NCBI GenBank assembly: GCA_965219575.1
Contig: OZ244779.1
Span: 1,804,769 to 1,868,768, forward strand
Source: Candidatus Oxydemutatoraceae bacterium
GTDB lineage: Bacteria; Pseudomonadota; Gammaproteobacteria; Poriferisulfidales; Oxydemutatoraceae
Direction: 5' to 3'
Length of the DNA: 64,000 bases
Below the pieces are notes generated by a model. That model saw nothing but the letters and a program-made list of their open reading frames with translations, did no database searches and had not been told where the DNA came from. Made by a program: the position numbers and the translations under genes. Positions 20,985-30,934 of this stretch are shown here, in pieces (the first letter of the stretch is position 1; the number at the start of each line of letters is the position of its first letter).

Positions 20985-22444
20985 TGCGCCCACTCTACAC
21001 CGCCGAACAAAGCCGCGACATAGACCGAATGATTATCGCACAAACGCCTATCGCCGGATACGAACTGATGCAACGTGCCGGACGGGCGTGCTTTAGTCAT
21101 TTAATCGGACACCGGCCGCAAGCACGCAGTATCGTCGTTTACGCCGGTATCGGCAACAACGGCGGCGACGGCTATATCGTCGCCGATCTGCTTCGCCGAG
21201 CAGGACGGCAAGTCAAAGTGTGCCAACTCGGCGATACCGGCACTATCGAAGGCGATGCGTTGCAAGCGTGCAATGACTATCTTGCCGCCGGTGGTGAGAG
21301 AATCGGTGCCGACCAAACTATCGAAGCCGACTTAATCGTCGATGCGGTGTTCGGTAGCGGCTTAAACCGAGATTTATCGGAACAGTCACTGGCTTGGATA
21401 GAACGAATCAACCGACTACAATTGCCGGTGCTTTCGGTGGACATTCCCTCGGGACTCGATGCAGACCGGGGATGCGCACGACCTATCGCAGTGAACGCCG
21501 ATATTACCGTTAGCTTTATTACTCGCAAGCGCGGCATGTACACCGCCGACGGTAAAAATCACTGCGGGCAAATTATCTTTGAAGACCTGCAAAGCCGGGA
21601 GGATATCGTTGCACAAATTGAACCCGACTGCCGACTGCTCAACCACGACGAGGCAATCGAATGGCTACCACCTCGCCGCCGGGATACGCATAAAAAAGCC
21701 TGCGGTCATGTTTTGATAATCGGCGGCAATCACGGCATGGCGGGGGCTGTTTGTCTTGCCGGCAAAGCTGCTCTGTATAGCGGTGCCGGCTTGGTCGGCG
21801 TACTCAGCCACGCACAACATAGCACTGCGGTCACTACGGTATGTCCGTCGTTGATGGCACACGACGCAGCGTGTGCGGAGACGACAAAAAGACTGATAAA
21901 TCGCTGCGACATCGTTGTTATCGGTCCCGGATTAGGCACCGATGCTTGGGCACTCGCTTTGATGGCCGATGTCTTGGACAGCGACAAACCGTTGGTCGTC
22001 GATGCCGATGCCCTACACCTATTGGCAGAAGATCCGCTTAAGTCGGAACGTTGGATACTCACCCCACACCCGGGCGAAGCGGCACATTTATTGCATACGA
22101 CAACGCATGAGGTACAGAGAGATCGCTTTGCCGCTGCGCAAAACATACAGACTCGCTACGGCGGTGTGTGCGTACTCAAAGGAGCCGGCACCGTCGTTGC
22201 AAGCGATGAACACACCATCGTATGCGAAGGCGGCAACCCGGGCATGTCGAGTGCCGGCATGGGCGATGTATTAAGCGGTGTTATTGCATCGCTACAAGGA
22301 CAAGGACTCACTCGAGTAAAAGCTGCCCTGCTCGGCACCTGCGCCCATGCCCGCGCCGGCGACCTTGCAGCGGCTAAGTCGCCGCGGGGTTTGAGCTCCG
22401 AAGTTGTGATAGGGCATTTGCGGACGGCGGTTGCGAGCAGATGA
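20984..22444 (+). CDS. nnr: Bifunctional NAD(P)H-hydrate epimerase/dehydratase
   Basis: GNNGGDG, DIPSG, GPGLG, LTPHPGEA, AGMGDVLSG. Confidence 0.92.
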   Translation: MRPLYTAEQSRDIDRMIIAQTPIAGYELMQRAGRACFSHLIGHRPQARSIVVYAGIGNNGGDGYIVADLLRRAGRQVKVCQLGDTGTIEGDALQACNDYLAAGGERIGADQTIEADLIVDAVFGSGLNRDLSEQSLAWIERINRLQLPVLSVDIPSGLDADRGCARPIAVNADITVSFITRKRGMYTADGKNHCGQIIFEDLQSREDIVAQIEPDCRLLNHDEAIEWLPPRRRDTHKKACGHVLIIGGNHGMAGAVCLAGKAALYSGAGLVGVLSHAQHSTAVTTVCPSLMAHDAACAETTKRLINRCDIVVIGPGLGTDAWALALMADVLDSDKPLVVDADALHLLAEDPLKSERWILTPHPGEAAHLLHTTTHEVQRDRFAAAQNIQTRYGGVCVLKGAGTVVASDEHTIVCEGGNPGMSSAGMGDVLSGVIASLQGQGLTRVKAALLGTCAHARAGDLAAAKSPRGLSSEVVIGHLRTAVASR

Positions 22445-22445
22445 G

Positions 22446-22907
22446 ATGACTTATGTGCTACATATCGAAGATGCCTCGGCAATGAAACATTTAGGTGTTT
22501 GCCTGGCAAAATATGTGCGCCCGGCGACCTCGCTGTGGCTACAAGGTCCGCTGGGGGCAGGTAAAACAACCTTGTGTCAGGGATTAATTCGAGGACTCGG
22601 CTATGAGCAGGCGGTAAAAAGTCCGACTTTTACTTTGGTAAATAGTTATACTATAGGACAGTTGCTCGTGCATCACTTTGATTTTTATAGGGTCTGCGAC
22701 GCTTATGAATTTGATTTAATCGGAGGTCGTGATTACTTTGCAAACAATGCCTTTTGTGTTATCGAATGGCCGGAACGCGCCGAAGCAATGCTGCCTCGGC
22801 CTACGCTATCGATTAACTTGGCAATAGAAAAACACTCGCGACAGCTTAAAATAGCGAGTCATTCGGAATACTCCGTGAAAAAAATAGTTGAGGATTTTAA
22901 GTCTTGA
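22446..22907 (+). CDS. tsaE: tRNA t6A biosynthesis ATPase
   Basis: GPLGAGKTT, VKSPTFTLV, HFDFYR, IEWPE. Confidence 0.93.
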   Translation: MTYVLHIEDASAMKHLGVCLAKYVRPATSLWLQGPLGAGKTTLCQGLIRGLGYEQAVKSPTFTLVNSYTIGQLLVHHFDFYRVCDAYEFDLIGGRDYFANNAFCVIEWPERAEAMLPRPTLSINLAIEKHSRQLKIASHSEYSVKKIVEDFKS

Positions 22908-24244
22908 ATAGACATACGAGATATCTGAGTTTTTTATATCTCTGCACGGTGTTGTGCATGATTTCAAGCGGCGCACACGCAGCAACGCTGCTTGGTCTGC
23001 AAATCAGTGAAGTAGATCAAAGCACACACATCGTCTTAAACTTTGACAACAGTCCGCAATACAAAACTATCATTCTTGCAGACCCACCTCGTTTCGTAGT
23101 CGACCTGTTTGACACGGTACCCGCCGACCCGGACCTTGCATCGGGCATCAGTAATGCTTTCGTCAAAAACATACGCACCGCCTCCAAAGAGGGCGGAAAC
23201 TATAGAGTTGTTTTTGATTTGGTTGCCGGCATACGACAATCGTCGGTACAGATGCTCTCTTTGGATGGCAAACAGATCTCTTTCAAATTGAATTACCCGA
23301 CATGGTTTAGCATTCAACCTCGAACTCCCGAACAAATCGGCAAACCGTTGACTAAACCGACCACCGTAAAACAAATAGACAAAGCGCGGTTGCGCAACGC
23401 ATTGGTCATGATAGATCCTGGACACGGCGGAAAAGACCCCGGTGCAATCGGAGTGTCCGGAACTCGAGAAAAAAATATCGTAATGTCAACCGCGCGTATT
23501 TTAGAAAGCATGCTCAACAGCGAATACGGCATCGAGGCAATGTTGACACGCAGCGACGATCGGTTCATGGATTTGCGCAAAAGACTGGAGGCGGCGCGCA
23601 CCCATCAAGCCGACCTGTTCATCTCGCTACACGCCGACGCCTTCCATCACAGTAATGTAAGGGGCGCATCGGTTTATGTGTTATCCGATAAAGGTGCGTC
23701 GAGCGAAGCCGCACGCATCCTCGCACAGCGCGAGAACGAGGCGGTTATCGGTGGGATCAATATCGACGACAAAGATAACGCCCTCGCCTCCATACTCGTG
23801 GATTTATCGCAAACCGCTTCGATGGGACGAGCCAACGTGCTCGGCAACTATATCCTTGCCGCCTTCGGGAAGAATGTAAGAAGTAGAAATATAGAATCGG
23901 CAGGCTTCCTCGTTCTAAAATCCCCCGATGTGCCGTCGGTACTGGTAGAACTCGGCTACCTCACCAATCCCGAAGAGGAAAAACTACTTAAACAACCCGG
24001 TTATCAAACACAACTGGCGAGAAATATCATGGCCGGCATCAAACGTTACTTAAACGACTACGCTACCGCCGATATGATCCTTGCCCATACCGCAATACGC
24101 GACTACACCGTCGCCCGAGGCGATACCCTCTACGGCATCGCCGAACGTTTCAACAGCTCGGTCAATCGCATCAAACAACTCTCGGGCCTCGGCACCGACA
24201 CCATTCGCATCGGACAGACGCTGAAAGTACCGGTGGGCAGATAG
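22904..24244 (+). CDS. amiB: N-acetylmuramoyl-L-alanine amidase (AMIN, amidase_3, LysM)
   Basis: IDPGHGGKDPGA, FISLHAD, LVELGYLTN, C-terminal LysM; follows tsaE. Confidence 0.88.
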   Translation: MNRHTRYLSFLYLCTVLCMISSGAHAATLLGLQISEVDQSTHIVLNFDNSPQYKTIILADPPRFVVDLFDTVPADPDLASGISNAFVKNIRTASKEGGNYRVVFDLVAGIRQSSVQMLSLDGKQISFKLNYPTWFSIQPRTPEQIGKPLTKPTTVKQIDKARLRNALVMIDPGHGGKDPGAIGVSGTREKNIVMSTARILESMLNSEYGIEAMLTRSDDRFMDLRKRLEAARTHQADLFISLHADAFHHSNVRGASVYVLSDKGASSEAARILAQRENEAVIGGINIDDKDNALASILVDLSQTASMGRANVLGNYILAAFGKNVRSRNIESAGFLVLKSPDVPSVLVELGYLTNPEEEKLLKQPGYQTQLARNIMAGIKRYLNDYATADMILAHTAIRDYTVARGDTLYGIAERFNSSVNRIKQLSGLGTDTIRIGQTLKVPVGR

Positions 24245-24410
24245 CGGACTATCGTACCCACCTACAGTACCGTACAAGTCGGACAAACTATGGATATAAA
24301 GGCGTTGCATTCGTATCGGTCACCGACAGACTTAAGGTGATGTATAATATCTATTCTCTCTAATAAGTAATACTATCAGGATTTCTAAAAACTCTATAAA
24401 ATAAGGCACG

Positions 24411-25718
24411 ATGAAAGATAAGAACGTTGACTTAAAAGACCACCGATCGAATAAAGAAATAGAACTTCCTATTATGGATGCGACGAGTGGTGCGGATATT
24501 ATCGATATCCGTTCTATCTATCAGCAGTTGGGCTATTTCACTTTTGACCCGGGTTTCGTTTCAACCGCAAGTTGTGAGAGCAAGATCACTTATATAGACG
24601 GCGATGCCGGGCTACTCTATTATCGCGGTTATCCGATAGAACAGCTGGCGGAAAAAAGTAATTATTCCGAGGTGTGTTATTTACTTTTATACGGTGAATT
24701 GCCGAGTACCGATCGGTTGCGAAGTTTTAACGCAAGTCTGACCGAACACGCAAACTTGGACATGGAAAAAATAACCGCACTACTCGACGGTTTTGACAGG
24801 CACGGACATCCGATGGCGATGTTGATGGCAGCACTCTGCCACCTCGCTGCGATGTATCACGACGAATTAGCGATTCATGACGAAACATACCGAGAGCAAT
24901 CCGCTCACCGTTTAATTGCCAAAGTGCCGGCGATTGCTGCGTGCATACTTCGTTATAAACAAGGCAAGACATTCAAAAAACCGAATAAAGATTTAGCTTA
25001 TATCGAAAGATTCTTGGATATGGTGTTCGACGATTTCAATCTACAATCGCCGTTATATCAAAAATACGCAGCGGCGATGGACCTGATATTATTGCTACAT
25101 GCAGACCACGAGCAAAATGCTTCTACTTCGACGGTACGCTTGAGCGGTAGTACGGAAACAAATCCTTATGCAGCCTTGGTGGCAGGCATCGCTTCGTTGT
25201 GGGGACCGGCACACGGCGGGGCCAACGAGGCGGTGATAGACATGCTGGAGAATATAGTCGAATCGGGACAGCCGTTGCAATCTTATATCGATAGAGCCAA
25301 AGATAAAAACAGTCATTTTCGGCTAATGGGCTTCGGGCATCGTATCTATAAAAATTACGACCCGCGTGCAAAAATTATAAGTACTATCTGTCACGAGTTG
25401 CTATCCGAACTCAACAATGACTATACCGACAAACCGCTGCTAGACACCGCCAAAGAACTAGAAAACATCGCACTAAAAGACGACTATTTCATCTCGCGCA
25501 AACTTTATCCGAATGTAGATTTTTATTCCGGAATCATCCTCAATGCGATGGGCTTGCCGCGCGATATGTACACCGTCATCTTCGCCCTCGCCCGCACTAT
25601 CGGTTGGGTTAGCCACTGGAATGAAATGCTCGGCGATCCGCTGACTCGCATCGGCAGACCGAGACAGCTTTATACCGGCCATACGCGCAGAGATTATATC
25701 GCTGTATCCGACAGATAA
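24411..25718 (+). CDS. gltA: Type II citrate synthase
   Basis: HADHEQNAST, GPAHGGANE, GFGHRIYK, YPNVDFYSG. Confidence 0.96.
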   Translation: MKDKNVDLKDHRSNKEIELPIMDATSGADIIDIRSIYQQLGYFTFDPGFVSTASCESKITYIDGDAGLLYYRGYPIEQLAEKSNYSEVCYLLLYGELPSTDRLRSFNASLTEHANLDMEKITALLDGFDRHGHPMAMLMAALCHLAAMYHDELAIHDETYREQSAHRLIAKVPAIAACILRYKQGKTFKKPNKDLAYIERFLDMVFDDFNLQSPLYQKYAAAMDLILLLHADHEQNASTSTVRLSGSTETNPYAALVAGIASLWGPAHGGANEAVIDMLENIVESGQPLQSYIDRAKDKNSHFRLMGFGHRIYKNYDPRAKIISTICHELLSELNNDYTDKPLLDTAKELENIALKDDYFISRKLYPNVDFYSGIILNAMGLPRDMYTVIFALARTIGWVSHWNEMLGDPLTRIGRPRQLYTGHTRRDYIAVSDR

Positions 25719-25721
25719 CGA

Positions 25722-26432
25722 CAACCACCGATTGAGCTTGTAGGGGCGGACTTATATGTCCGCCCGAACACGCGTCGTGTTAGCATAAATAAAATCGTAC
25801 GCCATCCAATTCATGAAACCAAAACCATCCCGGCGTAAGCGGTTGAGCTTGTGCAGAACGGTATCGTTTTGGGCAGACACACAGGTCTGCCCCTACGACT
25901 CGGTGGTTATCGTAAATTCAATGGCGCAAGCGGTTGGATTTTTGCGATGCCAATACTTTTTCAACAGCCCCACATAAGACTGTTGAAAAAGTATTTTCAT
26001 AGAGTGGTAGGGGCGGACTTATATGTCCGCCCGAAACGTATCATGTTTGCGCGATTAACGCGTTCACCCATTAATATTATGGAAACCATTATTTGTTGGC
26101 GCAGGTGGTTGGTGTCGTGCAGAACAGCACTTAAGGGCAGACATCAGAGTTGCCGATTGACCTACCGGCTCAATCGGCGGCTTTATACTGCCCCTACAAC
26201 TCAGTGGTTATCGTAAATTTAATGGCGCAAGCGGTTGGATTTTTGCGATGCCAATACTTTTTCAACAGCACCATCGTATCTGCGCTGTTTTATACATTCA
26301 TCCATCCAATTTATGGAAACCATAATCGGGTGGCGCAAAGCAGCTGGTGTTGCGCGTAACAGTACTTAAGGGTAGACATCAGAATTGCCGATTGACCTAC
26401 CGACTCAATCGGCGGTTTTATCCTGCCTCTAC
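25722..26432. repeat. Cluster of 2-3 tandem or partial MITE/REP cassettes
   Basis: Ends ttttcaacagcccc (~25971), aagactgttgaaaaa (~25976) and ttttcaacagcacc (~26272); REP copies at ~25740 and ~26007; hairpin module at ~26152 and ~26387. Confidence 0.75.
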
Positions 26433-26433
26433 G

Positions 26434-27519
26434 CTAGGTAAACACATTATTCTTGCAAAGATATTCGCTCATTCTCGCTTGACATTCTGCTAACCGCTTT
26501 CTTGAGAGCTCACAGTAAGTGGAATCTATATCAATACCTAGATAATGGCAATCCTCTTCCATAGCGGCAATAGCCGTTGTGCCGCTCCCGCTATACGGGT
26601 CCAGAACGATGCCGTTCTTCGGTGAAAGCAGTTTTATAATTTCTTTGATAATTGAAAGAGGAAATATAGCACTGTGTTTATTTCCGGGAATTGATTCAAC
26701 CGACGAAATAATCACATCCTTTTTCATTTTCTTTCCATGTATTTTAATAATAGTGTAACCGTTCTTCTCGATCTGGCTTTTACGCCCCCCTTCTTGCCCT
26801 CCGAAAGCCTCTGCGTGTATTCCGCGAATCTTCATACGAAATCCCTCTATTTTAGATTCTTTTACTTCTTCAGTAACCTCGTCGAGAGATTTATGCGCTT
26901 TTCTTTTCAGCTCCGAAGATAAATCCGAATTTTCAATCAATGTCCTATATCTTTCTCCTAATCTATTTGAAGGCTTATGCCGTTTTCTTTCGTCTACCTC
27001 GTTAAAAAATTTATCGGGGTTGTAATAATATTTTGTACCTTTTACAAAATGAAAAAATGGTTCCGTGCTACTTACCAGACGCCGCCCGAATTGCCTCGGT
27101 GTGGGGTTTCTCTTTACCCAAGTTATTTCATTGACAAGCTTCACACTATGGTCATTAGTTGCTTTTATGGCAAATCTATACGGCACAAGTAAAAGCGAAC
27201 CATTCAGATATTTATCACCGATGTTATAAACGATATTTCCCGAAGGTTTTACTACTCTGACAATTTCCGAAAATACTTCAAGTAGAGAGTCAATATAAGA
27301 CTCAACCGTTTTTTCGTGACCGGTCCCGATTCCCATTCCGTTATAATTTCGTTGCATATAGTACGGTGGGGATGTCACCACTAAATCAATACTATTATCC
27401 GGTAACTGCTTCAGCAAAAAAGCGGCATCTCCACACTGTATTGAATCTATTAGGCAATTCATCCGGCTTTTATGTGAAAGACCCTTTTGGGATTTTTCTA
27501 ATTCTATAAAAGAACTCAT
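26434..27519 (-). CDS. Orphan beta-class DNA methyltransferase (probably N4-cytosine)
   Basis: Motif IV TSPPY N-terminal and motif I LDPYSGSGTT C-terminal; AT-rich; no adjacent endonuclease. Confidence 0.88.
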   Translation of the reverse strand: MSSFIELEKSQKGLSHKSRMNCLIDSIQCGDAAFLLKQLPDNSIDLVVTSPPYYMQRNYNGMGIGTGHEKTVESYIDSLLEVFSEIVRVVKPSGNIVYNIGDKYLNGSLLLVPYRFAIKATNDHSVKLVNEITWVKRNPTPRQFGRRLVSSTEPFFHFVKGTKYYYNPDKFFNEVDERKRHKPSNRLGERYRTLIENSDLSSELKRKAHKSLDEVTEEVKESKIEGFRMKIRGIHAEAFGGQEGGRKSQIEKNGYTIIKIHGKKMKKDVIISSVESIPGNKHSAIFPLSIIKEIIKLLSPKNGIVLDPYSGSGTTAIAAMEEDCHYLGIDIDSTYCELSRKRLAECQARMSEYLCKNNVFT

Positions 27520-27593
27520 GTCTCACCCTTGTTGGATATATTTATCCATCGTTTCTTTACCATGTTTATAAGTTTCAATAATTTAGACACCAT

Positions 27594-27730
27594 TTTCTCC
27601 CATTGATTAAAAATTGTAAATAGTTCTTGTGCACACAATCTCGCAATATTAGCCGATATCAAAGCCCAAGAATTCATTATCCGATGAACGGTTGTATTTG
27701 AGTATATAAAAGGTGCTCGACGGTTGGATT
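27594..27730 (-). promoter_or_regulatory. Conserved leader/promoter block, near-duplicate of 49075-49218
   Basis: Shared TTAAAAATTGTAAATAGT, TCGCAATATTAGCCGATAT, GAATTC-TTATCCGA-GAACGGT and TATATAAAAGGT. Confidence 0.7.
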
Positions 27731-27749
27731 ATGCAGTAATACGCTATGC

Positions 27750-27860
27750 GACTGTTGAACCACAAAACCGCCGATTGAGCCAGTAGGTCAATCGGTGTCA
27801 CATTGTGCAGAACCTTAGTACCAATGTGTGGGACGGACAAGCTAGGGCTTGTCCTCACAG
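27750..27860. repeat. Partial cassette: hairpin module plus CATTGTGCAGAACCTTA
   Basis: Same unit as at 38777-38912. Confidence 0.65.
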
Positions 27861-27991
27861 GTATAGAGCGGTAGAGGTTTGCATATCCGACACTGTACAT
27901 GACGCAATGATTGTTTAATTTATCGTTGCACTTAATTTTAAGTTAAAGTATATAATTGCATGCACACAAAGAGAGCTAAAAATCTGTTCAA

Positions 27992-30823
27992 ATGAGAAAG
28001 CAACTGAAAATAACAATCTCGGCACTATGTTTAGTCATTTTTACAATAGCAGAAACCAATGCTTTTATGATGACAAACTCTTATCCATCTAGCAAAACAT
28101 TAGCTGCGCAGTCGGTAAATAATACCGGAATGAATACCTACGAGGCTATAATGCTTCAACAGGTACAGCAAAATTTCAATCCTGTAGGGATTTGGCAACT
28201 TACAGCAGCCGAAGCTACAGGATTTCAATGTTCCGTTGATGTTGATATCGATATTAATGATCTTCTTGACTTTTCTCAAGTAAACACAGAGCTTGATGCT
28301 GTGGTGACATCTAATAGATTAAGTATTGTAAATAGACAAACATCAGCAGTATATACGGAAATCCGCAGACATCCGCCCAATCGATATATACTCGAAAACA
28401 GGGGAAGCTTCTCTCAATTTGTGAATGGCCTCTTAGTTCGAGTGGTAGGAAGGGATGCAGTAGACCTTACTCTTATCTCTGATGAGGAAGTAGTAGGAAC
28501 AGGTGTTGTAACCGCAACCGTAACTGCAGAAGCGATAAACTTTGAAGTTCGTTGCTCTGCTACTTACACGATAGCGGCAAAAAAAATTAGTTCCCCCCGT
28601 TTATCTAAGCTTTCTTTATCTACGGGAACACTGCATCCGAACTTTGACGGCACAGTCTTTAGGTATTTTGCAGCCGTTCCCAATAATACTCGACAAATTA
28701 CGCTGAGATTGAATGCCGAGGAGAGTAACAACACGATCACCGTCAACGGCAATCGGATAACCGGAACTGCAACTATTCCCCTAGGTTCTAATACCGATAC
28801 GATTACCGTAGGTATACGGACGGCAGACGGTAATAGAACAAATACTTACATCGTTGATATCATACGGCTTGCACAACGAAATTTTAATCCCGTAGGAACT
28901 TGGGAAACCACTGCGAGAGAAAATATAAACCTTCAATGTCCCTTGCTTCCCAATTTAAGTTTAAGCCGTGACGATTTTGACCCGATAGGCAGAGAGTACG
29001 ATATAGTCATGACATCGGGCGGGTTAAACCTCATAGATAGAGTGGATTCGGAAACGTCTACCGAAATTGGCAGAAATATACCGAATCGTTATAGCTTGCA
29101 ATACATTGAGAGAGAGTCTATATCCGAACAAGGTGTCACATTGACAATAGAAGGAACGAGCACTCTAGATTTTATCCTGATCTCCGATGAGGAAGCGATA
29201 GTTGCGGTTGTCAGGGACATAAAAGTGACGAGCCTCGAAAATATTCCCTGCCTTACATCGTATACGGTAAGCGCAAAAAAAGCCGCAATATCTACTGCTA
29301 TCCTAAAAGATATTTCATTATCGGCAAGCACGCTTAACTCAATCTTCACCGGCTTAGTCAGGAATTATTCTGCAACCGTTGACAGTGGTGTCGGCCAACT
29401 TGGGATAACGATTGAAACTTCCCATATAAATCAATCGGTCACGATAAACGGTACCACACTATCCAGAGGCTTAAATCGTAGTCAATTGATAAGTAGTACG
29501 GTACCGCTAAGCGTGGGTAACAATACGATCGTTATAGGAGTGACATCGGCGGACGGCATATTGACATCAAGCTACACTTTGCAAGTTATCCGTCGAAGCC
29601 CTGCTTTGATCGGATTGTCTTTATCTCCCGGAACGCTCAACCCCGGCTTTAGTAGAGAGAGATTAAGATATGCAGCAACCGTAGAGAGTGATATAGAACG
29701 AATTACACTAACTCCTACAGCCGATAGTGCCGGACATAGGGTCATCATTACCGCCAACGGAAGATCTATAAACGGAAATTCAGTTCCTTTGAATGTAGGA
29801 GACAATACCATAGCTATCTCGGTCACTACGCGAGACAGTCAAGCAACGACAAGATACACCTTAACTGTAAGGCGATTAGAACCCTGCTTGACCGACCTCT
29901 TCTTATCATCGGGATCACTCAGCCCAACCTTCGGTAATCCCAGTCAATGCAGTAATGCAGCGATACGATATGCGGCAACCGTAGAGAGTGATATAGAACG
30001 AATCACATTAACCCCTACAGCCAATAGTGCCACACATACAATCGCCATTACTGCCAACGGAAATTCTATAACCGGAAATACAGTTCCTCTGAATGTGGGA
30101 GACAATACTATAGCTATTTCAGTCACTACGCGAGACAGTCGAGCAACGACAAGATATGTCGTAACTGTAAGGCGATTAGAGCCCTGCTTGACCGACCTCT
30201 CTCTATCGTCGGGATCACTCAGCCCGACCTTCATAACATGCTCGGATGAAACGGTAAATTACCGAGCAATCGTGAGAAACAATGTAAGCCAAATTGAAAT
30301 AACGGCTACGGCAAATAGTATCGCACATACGATTACTTTCAACAGTAATCAAAATAGTACGGTACCGCTAAGCGTAGGCGACAATACGATTACCGTATCG
30401 GTAACAACGGCAGACGGTATGGCTAGAAAAGATTACAACTTAGTTATAAGACGTTTAAGTACGGCAACTTTAACCGGACTAACAGTGGAAGTAAATTCGC
30501 AAATGCTAGAACTAAACCCTAACTTCAGCCTTATCAACTTAGACTACAGAATAAATGTAGAAAATACTATGACCCTTGTTACTATACAACCTACGGCCTC
30601 GGCCGGTCGCATCATCAGGGTACGCTATACACCGGACGATGGCACCGCAATTGACCGTCTCGTCTCGAGTGGCGATACGGTTACCATAACGCCATTGTTC
30701 TATGGTAAGAATAATGTCTACATCGATGTTATGCACAACGGTGCTATGGAGAGATATTCACTAGCCGTGATTATAGGTGTTATTCTGCGTATAAAATTAT
30801 TTTTAGAAGGTGCCTTGCAATAA
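27992..30823 (+). CDS. Secreted protein with multiple cadherin-like beta-sandwich domains
   Basis: Signal peptide; repeats LSLSxGxLxPxF...Y.ATV...VPLNVGDNTI; two NFNPVGxW domains; C-terminus LRIKLFLEGALQ. Confidence 0.82.
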   Translation: MRKQLKITISALCLVIFTIAETNAFMMTNSYPSSKTLAAQSVNNTGMNTYEAIMLQQVQQNFNPVGIWQLTAAEATGFQCSVDVDIDINDLLDFSQVNTELDAVVTSNRLSIVNRQTSAVYTEIRRHPPNRYILENRGSFSQFVNGLLVRVVGRDAVDLTLISDEEVVGTGVVTATVTAEAINFEVRCSATYTIAAKKISSPRLSKLSLSTGTLHPNFDGTVFRYFAAVPNNTRQITLRLNAEESNNTITVNGNRITGTATIPLGSNTDTITVGIRTADGNRTNTYIVDIIRLAQRNFNPVGTWETTARENINLQCPLLPNLSLSRDDFDPIGREYDIVMTSGGLNLIDRVDSETSTEIGRNIPNRYSLQYIERESISEQGVTLTIEGTSTLDFILISDEEAIVAVVRDIKVTSLENIPCLTSYTVSAKKAAISTAILKDISLSASTLNSIFTGLVRNYSATVDSGVGQLGITIETSHINQSVTINGTTLSRGLNRSQLISSTVPLSVGNNTIVIGVTSADGILTSSYTLQVIRRSPALIGLSLSPGTLNPGFSRERLRYAATVESDIERITLTPTADSAGHRVIITANGRSINGNSVPLNVGDNTIAISVTTRDSQATTRYTLTVRRLEPCLTDLFLSSGSLSPTFGNPSQCSNAAIRYAATVESDIERITLTPTANSATHTIAITANGNSITGNTVPLNVGDNTIAISVTTRDSRATTRYVVTVRRLEPCLTDLSLSSGSLSPTFITCSDETVNYRAIVRNNVSQIEITATANSIAHTITFNSNQNSTVPLSVGDNTITVSVTTADGMARKDYNLVIRRLSTATLTGLTVEVNSQMLELNPNFSLINLDYRINVENTMTLVTIQPTASAGRIIRVRYTPDDGTAIDRLVSSGDTVTITPLFYGKNNVYIDVMHNGAMERYSLAVIIGVILRIKLFLEGALQ

Positions 30824-30934
30824 TTCGGGTTGACACTTTTCACGATCAGCACAAACATATGAACAGTTTTCCTTAACAATATCCAAATATAGAATCAGAT
30901 TGCATATTTGTCCAAAATCGGATAGGATAAAAGT

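Noticed and set aside
25851-26359. Small ORFs in repeat cassettes (also 8813-9148, 14182-14415, 37389-37622, 38760-39047, 42220-42542)
   Set aside because: Translations of non-coding repeat modules, with no RBS or consistent frame.
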